A stretch of DNA of 63,798 bases, filler included. It is 5 parts of 5 records of this genome, joined end to end, with 100 filler letters (N's around TTAATTAATTAA, not from the genome) between each part and the next. Parts side by side here need not be neighbours in the genome. Positions count along the whole stretch, not along the records: positions 32,721 to 57,591 come from SRR20825019_574; 4 more parts are not named here. The stretch is one strand, 5' to 3'. The notes beneath the pieces are model-generated. The model was not told the DNA's origin and ran no database searches. It was given only the letters and a program-made list of their open reading frames with translations. This document shows, piece by piece, positions 33,246 to 43,785 of this stretch (position 1 is the stretch's first letter; the number at the start of each line of letters is the position of its first letter). The position numbers were made by a program, and so were the translations under genes.

Positions 33246-34172
33246 ATGTCAACTGACACCCAGCTCGATCCGGTGAAATCCCAGCCCTACTCTGACGAAA
33301 TCATTCGTTTGCGAATCAGGGAATGTCCCAAGCTGGCATCGCTGGAGAGCATCAACCGGGCCTTGGGCGAACTGCTCAGTTCGGAGAACCACGACGCCCC
33401 GCAGATCGCCAATATCATCCGGCGGGACCCCTCTTTGTCAGCCCGCTTACTGCGGATGGTTAATTCGGTTTATTTTGGATTAGCCACCCAGGTGAACAGC
33501 ATTGAAGAAGCGGTTTTTTTTCTCGGCCTTCGCCAAATCCGTGAGCTCGCCACCGCCACACCGGTGATTGAGGAAATGCAACGTTTCCAAAACAAGGAAA
33601 CGGCCAGCCTCGCGTGGAAAGATCTGTGGAAGCACAGCATCGGCACCGCCCTGCTCACTCGGGAAATTTTATCCAACACCCAAATGGCGGGTGACGACGA
33701 TACGCACTACCTCGTGGGATTGCTCCATAACGTAGGCAAAGTCGTGATGGCTTCATCCTTTGCCGAAGAGCTTCAATACCTTTCCACACTGCCGGCGGAA
33801 AGCATTCTTCATTGTGCCGAACTGGAGCGGCAGGTGATTGGCTGGGATCACGCCCGTATCGGGGCGCACTATCTCCGGCGTCACAGCCTGGCCGATGAGA
33901 TTTCCGAAGCCATCGAGTATCACAATGAGCCTGAACGCGCTCCCGAGCATCAGAACTATGCCGCCGCCGTGCAGATTGCGGATCACATGGTGCGCTACAG
34001 TGGAGTCAGCAATGGATTCGAGCAGGTGCCACCCATTGAAATCGATTCATGGTTGGAGCTTCCCGGATGGAAAATCCTCTACGGGACCAGTGAAAGCAAT
34101 GCCGCCCGGGCTCAGACCTCGCTCGCCCAGACCCTGCAGCGCCTGCCGATGATGGTGAACAACCTACTCTAA
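33246..34172 (+). CDS. HDOD domain protein
   Basis: IRRDPSLSARLLRMVNSVYFG, LWKHS, GLLHNVGK, DHARIG, AIEYH. Confidence 0.9.
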   Translation: MSTDTQLDPVKSQPYSDEIIRLRIRECPKLASLESINRALGELLSSENHDAPQIANIIRRDPSLSARLLRMVNSVYFGLATQVNSIEEAVFFLGLRQIRELATATPVIEEMQRFQNKETASLAWKDLWKHSIGTALLTREILSNTQMAGDDDTHYLVGLLHNVGKVVMASSFAEELQYLSTLPAESILHCAELERQVIGWDHARIGAHYLRRHSLADEISEAIEYHNEPERAPEHQNYAAAVQIADHMVRYSGVSNGFEQVPPIEIDSWLELPGWKILYGTSESNAARAQTSLAQTLQRLPMMVNNLL

Positions 34173-34179
34173 TTACCCC

Positions 34180-36093
34180 GTGAATGCTCCCTCCATCACC
34201 CTCGATACTCCGATGACAAATCAAGATGTTCATCTACCCAAGGAGTGGTTGACTGCCAATGAACCCGCCTATTGCCGGGATGCCGCGGGCCTTTTTCTCG
34301 CAGTCAACGAAGCCCTCTGCCGAAGGTTGGGGAAATCCGCCGAGGAACTGAAAGGGACACCGATCAGCGATTGCATGCATGAGCAGGATGCCGAACTGGT
34401 CAGAACTCTCTCCCCCGAATTAACCCGCCCACCCTTTCGCACGACCAGCAATCACCGCTGGGTCACCATTCAGGGAGAACGTTGGTTTGAATGGCAAAAA
34501 ACCGCTGTCTGCAATGAAAGCGATGTCGTCGTGGCCGTGCGCGCGATTGGTCGAGATATCACGAGACAGCGACAGGCCAATGAACAGTATTTCAAACTCG
34601 CACAAGCCGTGGAGCAGTCGCCGATGGCCATCGCCATCACTGATCTCGAGGGATGCGCTCAATACGCTAATGCGAAATTCACCGCTTTGACGGGCAGCTC
34701 GCTCGAAGAGATTCTCGATGGCAAAATGGACGTGCTTCGCTCCGTGCATGAGAGCGATGAATCCTATCAACGCATGATGGCGCTCGTGCGCGACGGACAG
34801 GAATGGGCACAGGACACCAAAGTAATCCGCGACGACAGCTCCGAATTCTGGGAGTCCATCAACGTTTCCGCCCTCAAAAGTCCACGCGGAGAAATCACCA
34901 ATCTCCTCTGTCTGCGGGAAAACATCACCGCACAAAAACAACTGGAGATGGAACTGCGACAGGCCCAGAAAATGGACAGCCTCGGCACCCTCGCCGGGGG
35001 GATCGCACACGATTTCAACAATCTCCTCGCCATCATCAGTGGCTATGCCGAGCTGAGTCTTGAGAGGGGTTTGGATGCGGAAACCACCAAGAAAAGCCTC
35101 TTGGAAATACGTCGCGCCACCCAACGTGCGCGCGGCCTCGTGCGGCAGATTCTCACTTTCAGCCGCAAGACGGAGTCGCGGCCCGCTCCATTCGATCTGA
35201 ACAATCAAGTGGCTGAACTGGTGCAAATGATGCAGGAAACTTTTCCGCGGACCGTGCAGATCATCCATAAGTCACCATTGGGTTTGCCCTCTCTCGTTGC
35301 CGACCAAAGCCAGATTCAACAGGTCATCCTCAATCTTTGCGTCAACGCCCGTGACGCGATGCCCGGAGGCGGCACCATCACAGTGGAAACCGGCATCCGA
35401 AGCGGATCCAGTATTCGACAGCTGAAAGTCGACCCTCGGAGGAATTACATTTCGATCGAAGTCACCGACACCGGCACCGGCATGAGCCCGGAAGTGCGCC
35501 AGCATATTTTCGAACCGTTCTACACCACCAAGAAAGGCAACCAGGGCACCGGTCTGGGACTCGCTGTCGTCTATGGTATCGCCACAGGCCACGATGGATT
35601 TCTCGAAGTCGATAGTGTGGCCGGTGAAGGCAGCACTTTCCGGGTATTCTTTCCCGAAATCGAAAGTGCCCCCTCCGCGGCCATCAATCCGATCGTCGAA
35701 GAAGTGGACTATCCCGGAGGATCCGAATCGCTCCTGGTCGTCGATGATGAAGCTTCTCTCCGAAACCTTCTCCAACGCGCCTTCAGTCGGAAAGGCTATC
35801 GCGTTTCCGTCGCCTCATCGGGACTCGAAGCCATTGAAGCTGTCAGCGATCCCTCGCTGAGAATTGATGCGATTCTCCTCGATTTAAACATGCCGGGAGC
35901 CTCCGGCTTTGACGTTTTAAAGACGATCCGGGTCGTGCGCCCGAAACTAAAGGTGCTCGTGCTCACCGGACATCTTACCTCCGACGCTCTCATGGAGTTG
36001 CACGCGCTGGGGCAGAAGGACTATCTCGCCAAGCCGTATCAGCTGGCCGAGCTCGGTCGGACACTCCGTGCTTTGATTGACCGCGAAGGGTAA
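34180..36093 (+). CDS. Cytoplasmic PAS-PAS hybrid histidine kinase (CckA-like) with REC
   Basis: Two PAS; GGIAHDFNNLL; NLCVNARDAM; DTGTGM; GTGLGL; C-terminal receiver LLDLNMP. Confidence 0.92.
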   Translation: MNAPSITLDTPMTNQDVHLPKEWLTANEPAYCRDAAGLFLAVNEALCRRLGKSAEELKGTPISDCMHEQDAELVRTLSPELTRPPFRTTSNHRWVTIQGERWFEWQKTAVCNESDVVVAVRAIGRDITRQRQANEQYFKLAQAVEQSPMAIAITDLEGCAQYANAKFTALTGSSLEEILDGKMDVLRSVHESDESYQRMMALVRDGQEWAQDTKVIRDDSSEFWESINVSALKSPRGEITNLLCLRENITAQKQLEMELRQAQKMDSLGTLAGGIAHDFNNLLAIISGYAELSLERGLDAETTKKSLLEIRRATQRARGLVRQILTFSRKTESRPAPFDLNNQVAELVQMMQETFPRTVQIIHKSPLGLPSLVADQSQIQQVILNLCVNARDAMPGGGTITVETGIRSGSSIRQLKVDPRRNYISIEVTDTGTGMSPEVRQHIFEPFYTTKKGNQGTGLGLAVVYGIATGHDGFLEVDSVAGEGSTFRVFFPEIESAPSAAINPIVEEVDYPGGSESLLVVDDEASLRNLLQRAFSRKGYRVSVASSGLEAIEAVSDPSLRIDAILLDLNMPGASGFDVLKTIRVVRPKLKVLVLTGHLTSDALMELHALGQKDYLAKPYQLAELGRTLRALIDREG

Positions 36094-36192
36094 TCTCAGG
36101 ACCAGCGCTTTTTCCCTCAAGCGTGGGAATATTGTGCCGATAACTGCTCAGGACAATCAGACAACACATGACACTGGACAGTCATCGACCAA

Positions 36193-36792
36193 ATGCAAAC
36201 GAGCAAACCCTCTCCCACTACGGGGGAATGGCCACGGCATATGCGAATCACTTCGCTCATGCTGATGTCGCTACTCACGCCCAAGCTCCACGCGACCTGG
36301 GCCCGACCGTATCCCATCGATACGGCGGCAAAACATAAACATCACTCTCATCAATCCAAACCTTACTTAACTGAAATTAATCCACCCGCCCTGCGCTTCG
36401 TTTCCGCGAAATCGCCATCCGAGCTCTTGAACCGCCCACCGATTGCGGCGGGCCCTCCGATCCTCGATTCACCGGAAAAGGTTGAGCACGACGAATCCCT
36501 TCCCCGGCCCTCTTCCGACACGGATCTTCCGATGGAGAAAACACCGGATACGATGGCAATGGAATCCAAGCCACCGGCAGCGACGAAACCTGATGAAATT
36601 CAAAAAATCAAACCGCCACCTTCCATCATCCCCGATGACATCCCGGAGCGAACCAAGCATGAGGACTTCCTCCCCTTCTTTCGATTCCCAGGCCAATCCG
36701 GAATCGATGTGACGGTGGCAGTGCCCGTTCCCGATCAACCTTCGCTTCCAACCAGGCTCCCGCCTAGTTCCGCGACCTATCAGCAACAATGA
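36193..36792 (+). CDS. Pro-rich hypothetical protein
   Basis: Fills the operon gap; ATGA overlap with the downstream TPR gene; start uncertain. Confidence 0.6.
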   Translation: MQTSKPSPTTGEWPRHMRITSLMLMSLLTPKLHATWARPYPIDTAAKHKHHSHQSKPYLTEINPPALRFVSAKSPSELLNRPPIAAGPPILDSPEKVEHDESLPRPSSDTDLPMEKTPDTMAMESKPPAATKPDEIQKIKPPPSIIPDDIPERTKHEDFLPFFRFPGQSGIDVTVAVPVPDQPSLPTRLPPSSATYQQQ

Positions 36793-38120
36793 CCCTCATT
36801 CTGTCCCGCCTGACCGGCACATCCCTGCGGATTCTGATCTTTGGCCTATGCCTCTTATCAGTTCGGGCCGAGCCGGACAGCGATGAAGTCAACGGAGCAA
36901 CCACCGAGGAAACCACTGAACAAGTGGTCTCTTCGGTGGAGAGTTCCCCGGAACACCACGAGGCGGCACCGAAGATCCCCAGCGAGAGCGAGGAACTTCA
37001 GGGGTTATTGAAATTGGGCCAGAGCCTGACCGATCGGGCCGATTACGAAGCCGGTGAGATCGCCTACCGCCAGGTTTTGAAACGCGCGACTGACGACGAA
37101 GAGGTCCTCGCGGCCCTCTTCGGCCTCGCTCAACTCCATCGCAAGGAAGGATCGTTGATCAAATCCATCGCGATCTACCAACGGTTAATCAAGGACTACA
37201 AAGACGATCCTTTGTTACCCGACGCGCTGCTTGAACTCGGTCGAGCGCAACGAGCTACCGGAGCGCACAAGTCCGCCCTCAGCAGCTTCTACAGTGTAAT
37301 CAACTCCACCCTCAAGATACCCGCCGATCAATTCGACCACTATCAACTTTTGGCCAAAACGGCGCAGTTCGAAATCGCGGAAACCCATTTCATGGCCGGC
37401 AATTTTACTGAGGCCGCCAAATTTTTCACCCGGGTTAGACTGCTCGATTTGGCGCCGAATGATCGCGCGCGCGCGCATTTCAAATCCGCCTACGCCCAAC
37501 AACTTGGCGGCCATCTCAGCGAGGCCGTCGTTACGCTCAAGGCGTTCATCGAACAACATCCTCAGGATGAAAACGTGCCCGAAGCCCGCTATTTGCGCTC
37601 GACGATTCTGCGGAAACTCAACCGATCCGACGAAGCCCTCGCCTCCACGTTGGAGCTGCTCCGCCTGGAACAATCCCACACTCAAACCAACCCAAGACGC
37701 TGGGCTTTCTGGCAACGACGCACCGGCAATCAACTCGCCAATGAGTTCTTCGCAGCTGGCGATACCATCAATGCTCTCTCCATTTATCTCAGTCTGACCG
37801 CGCTATCCGAAGATATCCAATGGCGACTGCCCATCGTTTATCAAACCGCCCTCTGCTACGAACGCCTGCGGCAAATCGACGAAGCGAAACATGCTTACGA
37901 AAGCATTATCCAAACGATCAACCAACAGGAGGCGATTCCTCCGACAGGCGAACTCGCGAACCTGTTGCGCATGTCCACTTGGCGACTCGAACATATCTCG
38001 TGGCGGGATACTGCCGATCGACAGCTTTCCAATCTTTTCGAGACCATCACCGGTAAAACGCCCGCAGTTCTCGAAGAAAAAGAAGAGGAACCCTCCCATG
38101 ACAGCCGAGAAAATACTTAG
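36789..38120 (+). CDS. Exported TPR-repeat protein
   Basis: Signal peptide; multiple TPR units (PDALLELGRA, PEARYL, YQTALCYERL). Confidence 0.82.
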   Translation: MTLILSRLTGTSLRILIFGLCLLSVRAEPDSDEVNGATTEETTEQVVSSVESSPEHHEAAPKIPSESEELQGLLKLGQSLTDRADYEAGEIAYRQVLKRATDDEEVLAALFGLAQLHRKEGSLIKSIAIYQRLIKDYKDDPLLPDALLELGRAQRATGAHKSALSSFYSVINSTLKIPADQFDHYQLLAKTAQFEIAETHFMAGNFTEAAKFFTRVRLLDLAPNDRARAHFKSAYAQQLGGHLSEAVVTLKAFIEQHPQDENVPEARYLRSTILRKLNRSDEALASTLELLRLEQSHTQTNPRRWAFWQRRTGNQLANEFFAAGDTINALSIYLSLTALSEDIQWRLPIVYQTALCYERLRQIDEAKHAYESIIQTINQQEAIPPTGELANLLRMSTWRLEHISWRDTADRQLSNLFETITGKTPAVLEEKEEEPSHDSRENT

Positions 38121-38463
38121 CCAGCATCACGAGATCTGCGGCGAATTGCATACCCTAGCTCTCGATGAAAATCGCCACCTCCGCTTGCATCAATGCGCGC
38201 CCAATACGGAGCACGCTGATCGAAAACGAGAGCTGCTCGCCAAGCTGGATAAGTCACTCGCCGCATTGCAGACGCTGCCGGCTGATCGCAATCCGCAGCA
38301 GAAAGAAATCATCGAGAAAACCCGTGATAAAACTCTGCAGATCATGGAACTGAACCGCGAAAACGAACAACTTCTGTTGCGCTGCAGCCTTGCCCGCTCC
38401 GAGACCACCCCACCGGTCATGCCGGCCGCCATGCTCCAGAACGTCTATGGTCGCACCAAGTAA
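38098..38463 (+). CDS. FlgN-like flagellar export chaperone
   Basis: 121-aa helical protein with ELNRENEQLL near the C-terminus; flagellar neighbourhood. Confidence 0.55.
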   Translation: MTAEKILSQHHEICGELHTLALDENRHLRLHQCAPNTEHADRKRELLAKLDKSLAALQTLPADRNPQQKEIIEKTRDKTLQIMELNRENEQLLLRCSLARSETTPPVMPAAMLQNVYGRTK

Positions 38464-38736
38464 TCGGACCTCGCCGGTGCAATCGGGCTCGATTTTCGCT
38501 CAAGCCACCGCCCCACCGTTCCGATTAACAACGTAAACCCCTTTGTGCCCCATGCCTCAGACACCCCATCATCCCGTTCGCCCACCTGCGTTTAGAGACA
38601 TCATCTGGGGACGACCTGTTTTCAAAGCTCCCGAACTCAGCAACCCTCGCTCCCTATTCGATCCGCAACCGTTTCGCTACGGCCTTTTCTCTGTGCATCG
38701 GAAAATCTCGGAAAAGCGGTCGATTCTCAACGTGTC

Positions 38737-39714
38737 TCACCCGGTCTGATCGGCCAGTGGCAAGACCACACGGAAAATCGATCCCTGCCCGACTTCACTT
38801 GTAACCGCGAGCGCACCTCCGGCAGCAATCACGGTGTCACGGACCGCGGCCAGACTTAGTCTGCGGCCAAGTCGCTTCGGTGGTAAAGAGGACGTGAAAG
38901 CATCCTCCAACGCATCCTTCTCAAGCGCCGACCCGCTATCCTGCACTTCCAGAAAAACATAGTCACCAAGCGGCAACCCGGGCTTCGATTTGGCTTTCTC
39001 CAAAAAATCGCGATCCACATCCATGCGCCCCGTCCTGATGGTAATGAGTCCCTGGTCTTCGCTGATCGCCCCAGCCGCATTCAGAACCAAATTGAGCAAG
39101 ACCTGTTTGAGCTGTTCCCCATCGCCATTCACCGCGGGTAGTTCATCCGCCAGTTCCAACGACAACACCGTTCCTTGTTTGGTGCTGATGTCGAGCAGCC
39201 GGGAATTCTCATGCAGGAGTTCATTCAAATCAATTCTCCCGCTGTGAACTGAATCGTCCCCTGAATAGGCAAGTATCTGTCGGCATAACTCCGAGCCGGA
39301 TTGAATGGCCCGCTCCATCATCTTCAAATGCTCCTGCACCGGTGAATCCTCCGGCAAGTCTTCCCGGGACAGTTCAATATAGCCGGCGATTCCCGCCAAT
39401 ACGTTATTCAAATTATGGGCAACACCGTTCGTGAGCATTCCCATCGCTTCAACTTTTTGGTCCTCAATCTTACTTTCCTCAAATATCGCATCCGCTTGCC
39501 CGATTCCTCGCGAGAGGGGGATATCCGCCCGATTGCTGGTGGGTGACTTCAAGTGGTTCAGCAAAAGATCACAATCCCCTTCACCGGCCAGATAAGAAAG
39601 CGCCTCTTCCCATGTGCTCACGCGAGTGAATTTCACGTCAGAGCCAAGCTGCATCAGATGCTTTCGCGCCACCCCGGCATCCATCGCATCATCTTCTACA
39701 TAGAGGACATTCAT
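38737..39714 (-). CDS. Atypical histidine-kinase-like protein (truncated pseudo-receiver, HisKA, degenerate HATPase)
   Basis: VLYVEDD start, but the phospho-Asp site reads LLLNH; H-box GVAHNLNN; G1 DSGSAL and G2 GRRLSL degenerate. Confidence 0.75.
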   Translation of the reverse strand: MNVLYVEDDAMDAGVARKHLMQLGSDVKFTRVSTWEEALSYLAGEGDCDLLLNHLKSPTSNRADIPLSRGIGQADAIFEESKIEDQKVEAMGMLTNGVAHNLNNVLAGIAGYIELSREDLPEDSPVQEHLKMMERAIQSGSELCRQILAYSGDDSVHSGRIDLNELLHENSRLLDISTKQGTVLSLELADELPAVNGDGEQLKQVLLNLVLNAAGAISEDQGLITIRTGRMDVDRDFLEKAKSKPGLPLGDYVFLEVQDSGSALEKDALEDAFTSSLPPKRLGRRLSLAAVRDTVIAAGGALAVTSEVGQGSIFRVVLPLADQTG

Positions 39715-39932
39715 TGGACTTAGTTTTTAAATCCGCACTCCCACCGCAACTCTATCCACCATTCTATTTGCATCTCGATGACGTTCTCATCGGCAAACGC
39801 GACGCCTCATTTTTCGATGCGTGAAACCTGATCGTCACACAAATCGCTAATGCAATGCCATCACAAGAAAGCCTTTACCTACAATCATGTTGCCGGTGGC
39901 GTGTCTTAATCGTAGCTTAATCAGCTCACGTC

Positions 39933-42900
39933 ATGATACCCCATACGCAGATTGTGCCCATCGGGCGACTCCTTCTCCGAGTCACTGCTTTTGCCGGACT
40001 CGCTGCCTTCGCGCTTTTCCATGTGGCCTACTGGTTTCGTGAAACAGTTCCCTTTCTACTGGTCATCAGTCCTTCGCCTACCTCGGGATTGTGCGCGGCT
40101 CTTTTTGGAGCTGCTTTGTGGACCCGCGACCGCTACTCAGGCGAACGGACGAAACAAACTCTCGCGTGGTTGACCGCAGGCGCACTTCTCATCACGGCCG
40201 CGGATTACTCCGCCAGCTTTACCCCGACATTCACCGCATTACGTCCCACGCGGGAAGTCGCTTTCGCGATCTTCTTTCCCTTATCCCTCGCCGTCGTCGC
40301 CTTGCTTCTGAACGCACCCAAGGGACGTTCCCACCGACGAAATTCAGTCATCGCCTGGTTGTCACTCAGCGCCGTCATTCTGGCATTCACCAATCTGGTC
40401 ATCTCGATCAATGCGTTTGTGTTCGGTCTGGCCCCCCATAGCATCTCCGAAGCGCGGCCCGCCATGGTGTTCCTCACCCTGTTGTGCGGGATCAGCCTGA
40501 TATTGTTCGAATCACGCAACCCCTGTCTGAACATGCTGTTTCAGCGCAGTGCCGGTGGCATGATTTTTCGACGGCTTTTCGCCACCTTGCTCTTGCTGCC
40601 CGCGTTTCTTGTCACCTTCCACATCATCTTCGATCCCGCCAGTTGGCTGTTCATCCCGAACCTACTGATCACCACGGGAACTGCTCTCTACATTTTGTCG
40701 GTCTCCGGCATGATCATTGCCGCCGCCAATTCCGCCGAGGAATTGGAGACCAGGCAAAAGCAAGCCGAGGTAAAACAACACGACTTGGCAGTGGAATTGC
40801 AGCAACACGCCGAGCGTCTGCAAATCGATGTAGAGGAGCGCACCAGTGAGCTCAAACAAACCAATCAACGATTACGCTTCGCCCTGCGTGCAGCGGGATT
40901 CGGGGTCGCCGAATGGGATCAGACCACCGGTCGAATCACTCGCGATGATGGTGTTCACGGTATCTACGGCACGACACCGGAAACTTTTCCAGAGACCCTT
41001 TCCGGATGGATTGAACGGATACATCCCGATGATAAGGAAAAAACCCGTCAGGCACACGAACGGATCCAAAAAGGCAAAGATGAGGAGTTAATTCTCAACT
41101 ATCGCATCCTCACAGATGAGCTCGCCGTCCGTCATGTCGAAACACTGCTCTCCACATCTTATGACAAGGACGGCAAAAAAGTAGGCGCGATCTCCCTTGA
41201 TCGTGATGTGACTGCGCAACGCGAAGCAGAGCACAAGTTGAATCAAACCCATGATCGCCTGCAATTTGCCCTGACTGCTTCGGGCTACGGCGTCTGGGAA
41301 TTCAATCTCCTCAGCCATGAGCTGGTTTGGGATGCCAGTATGTTCGAGCTGCACCAGATCAAACAGGAAGATTTCAAAGGGACACTCGGGAATTGGCTGC
41401 TCTGCGTTCACCCCGAAGATCGAACCCGTGCCACCGAACAGATTGCGCGGACGATCGCCGGCCAACAAAGCAGTTACGCCATGGAATTTCGAATCGTCTG
41501 GCCTGGTGGAGAGATTCGTCACGTGCATGTGCGCGGGCAGTTGGAACTTACCAAAATGGATTCACCTCTCCGGCTGATTGGCTTATGCCGAGATATCACA
41601 ACGGAAAAGAACCTCGCACATCGACTTGCCCGTGAGGAGGAAATGGTGACGGAAATGAGCCGACTCGCCCGGATTGGAGCCTGGGAAGTAGATCTAAAAT
41701 CGCTCAAACTCGCGTGGACTCCGCTCGTTTACCACATCCACGAAGTCGATGCCGGGACCTACGCCCCGACCTTGGAATCCTCCCTCCAGTTCTTCGCACC
41801 CGAAGACCGCAAAACCTATGAGGCCGCCATCAACGCCGCCATCAAACAAGGGCACGCTTTCGATTTGGAGATCCCGCTCAAAACGGCAAAGGATCGAACT
41901 ATCTGGGCCCGGATCCTCGGGCACGCGGAATGCAAAGATGGACACGTCATCCGAGTCTATGGAGCCTTCCAGGATGTCACCGTCCGACACGAATCGGAAG
42001 CCGAGCACCGCAAGTTGGAATCCGAACTCGCCCAAGCCCAGAAGATGGACACCTTGGGCGCTCTCGCGAGTGGCATCGCTCACGATTTCAACAACCTCCT
42101 CACTGGGATTATCGGCTATCACGAACTCGCGGCCGATACGGTCCCCGAGGATAATCCCGCTCATGAGTGCCTGGTCGAAGCTTATGCAGCCAGTAATCGT
42201 GCCCGTGATTTGGTCGCGCAGATCCTCGCCTTTAGCTATCAGCACTCTGACAGCGAGAGATCGGTCACCAATGTCACTTCCGTCATGGAAGAGGCCCGGG
42301 GCTTTCTGAGGGCCAGCATTCCTTCGACTACTCAAGTCGTTCTTGAGATCGCCCCTGAGTGTCCGCAAGTGCGGATTGATTCGACCCAACTCCTCCAAAT
42401 CTTGATCAATCTGGGAGCAAATTCCGGACACGCCATGCGTGAACGCAGCGGCCATATCGCGCTAAAAGCTGAACCCCAGGAGCTCGATCTTGAGCGCACC
42501 GGCGAACTGGGCTTGGGCTTCAGTGGTGTTTACGTCTGCCTTATTGTGGAGGATACCGGACACGGCATGCGACGCGACACGGTGCAACACATATTCAATC
42601 CCTTCTTCACGACCAAACCTGTGGGGGAAGGCACCGGCATCGGCATGTCGGTAATCAAGAATATCGTAAAAACCAATTGCGGCGCGATCGAAGTGGAAAG
42701 CCAGTTGGGCGTTGGCACCACGATCAGGATTTATCTCCCGGCAGCGACCACCAACGACATCCCGATCGATCTCTCGTCGCCAGCGAATAAATCATCCCCT
42801 TCCACCGGAGTCGGTGAGCATATCCTAATCCTCGATGACGAGCACTACGTGCGAGAATTCGTCCGTATCTCGCTCTCCAGATTAAACTATAATGTGCAGG

Positions 42901-43232
42901 TCTGTGAGTCCGCAGAGACTTATTTGGAAACCATCAAACAGAACCCCTCGAAATGGGATCTCCTGATCACAGATCAAACCATGCCCGACCTCACCGGCAT
43001 AGAACTAATCTCCCAAATCAGGGATATCTCCACCAATCTTCCGGTTCTGTTAATGTCCGGATCGTTCACCAACAGTGCCCGTGACGAAAGCGAAAAGCTG
43101 GGAGCCGTTACCCTTATCAGTAAACCGTTCACAGCCGGCGAGCTCGCCACGACAATCCGCCGGATCTTTCATCCCGGTCAAGTGCCCGCGACCACTGCCG
43201 GGCGCTCGGAATCAGCCGGCGGGATCAGCTGA
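39933..43232 (+). CDS. Membrane multi-PAS hybrid histidine kinase
   Basis: About 7 TM N-terminus; three PAS_3 units (IHPDD, VHPED, FAPED); GIAHDFNNLL; GTGIGM; REC ITDQTMP. Confidence 0.92.
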   Translation: MIPHTQIVPIGRLLLRVTAFAGLAAFALFHVAYWFRETVPFLLVISPSPTSGLCAALFGAALWTRDRYSGERTKQTLAWLTAGALLITAADYSASFTPTFTALRPTREVAFAIFFPLSLAVVALLLNAPKGRSHRRNSVIAWLSLSAVILAFTNLVISINAFVFGLAPHSISEARPAMVFLTLLCGISLILFESRNPCLNMLFQRSAGGMIFRRLFATLLLLPAFLVTFHIIFDPASWLFIPNLLITTGTALYILSVSGMIIAAANSAEELETRQKQAEVKQHDLAVELQQHAERLQIDVEERTSELKQTNQRLRFALRAAGFGVAEWDQTTGRITRDDGVHGIYGTTPETFPETLSGWIERIHPDDKEKTRQAHERIQKGKDEELILNYRILTDELAVRHVETLLSTSYDKDGKKVGAISLDRDVTAQREAEHKLNQTHDRLQFALTASGYGVWEFNLLSHELVWDASMFELHQIKQEDFKGTLGNWLLCVHPEDRTRATEQIARTIAGQQSSYAMEFRIVWPGGEIRHVHVRGQLELTKMDSPLRLIGLCRDITTEKNLAHRLAREEEMVTEMSRLARIGAWEVDLKSLKLAWTPLVYHIHEVDAGTYAPTLESSLQFFAPEDRKTYEAAINAAIKQGHAFDLEIPLKTAKDRTIWARILGHAECKDGHVIRVYGAFQDVTVRHESEAEHRKLESELAQAQKMDTLGALASGIAHDFNNLLTGIIGYHELAADTVPEDNPAHECLVEAYAASNRARDLVAQILAFSYQHSDSERSVTNVTSVMEEARGFLRASIPSTTQVVLEIAPECPQVRIDSTQLLQILINLGANSGHAMRERSGHIALKAEPQELDLERTGELGLGFSGVYVCLIVEDTGHGMRRDTVQHIFNPFFTTKPVGEGTGIGMSVIKNIVKTNCGAIEVESQLGVGTTIRIYLPAATTNDIPIDLSSPANKSSPSTGVGEHILILDDEHYVREFVRISLSRLNYNVQVCESAETYLETIKQNPSKWDLLITDQTMPDLTGIELISQIRDISTNLPVLLMSGSFTNSARDESEKLGAVTLISKPFTAGELATTIRRIFHPGQVPATTAGRSESAGGIS

Positions 43233-43745
43233 CATTGAAAATGAAACATCACCGGTCGGCGTCTTTAACGAAACCAATCCGGTATTGATTTCGAGGTGCA
43301 CCGTCCGGTTAACCGTCCCTCCCAGGTGCATCCCATGAACCTCCATTCCGTGATTTCGAAGCCAGTTGAGCACCGCCTGCGAATTACGCTCGCCGATCCT
43401 GAACGGATCATGGCCATTGAGCACACTGGCACCACCTGCGAGATAGATCCGAACGCAGCTCAAATCCGCTTTTAAGCGGCCGAGTGCTTTAAAAAAAAGC
43501 GGTAAACCGGTGTCTGCGAACATGGCCGGCTGAACGGCTGCCCTTTCCGCCGATGACCTCGAATCGGGGAGAATCAAATGCAGAAGTCCGGCCACCTTGC
43601 CGATGGGATCATAAACCAAAACCCCCACGCACGATCCCAAACCGTAGGTGGTCAAAGTCGTCTCGATCGTGTTGGCCACAGCCAGATCACCTACGCCGAC
43701 GACGACACGTTCAAATGAAGGTGCCTCAATCTCGGGTGATCCCAT
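43212..43745 (-). CDS. cheD: Chemoreceptor glutamine deamidase CheD
   Basis: TYGLGSCVGV (catalytic Cys), GLLHLILP (His), FADTG, GGA, IGERN. Confidence 0.92.
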   Translation of the reverse strand: MGSPEIEAPSFERVVVGVGDLAVANTIETTLTTYGLGSCVGVLVYDPIGKVAGLLHLILPDSRSSAERAAVQPAMFADTGLPLFFKALGRLKADLSCVRIYLAGGASVLNGHDPFRIGERNSQAVLNWLRNHGMEVHGMHLGGTVNRTVHLEINTGLVSLKTPTGDVSFSMSADPAG

Positions 43746-43785
43746 TGTCAGCTGCTAATTTTAGGAAACAAGACATCCGTGCTTC

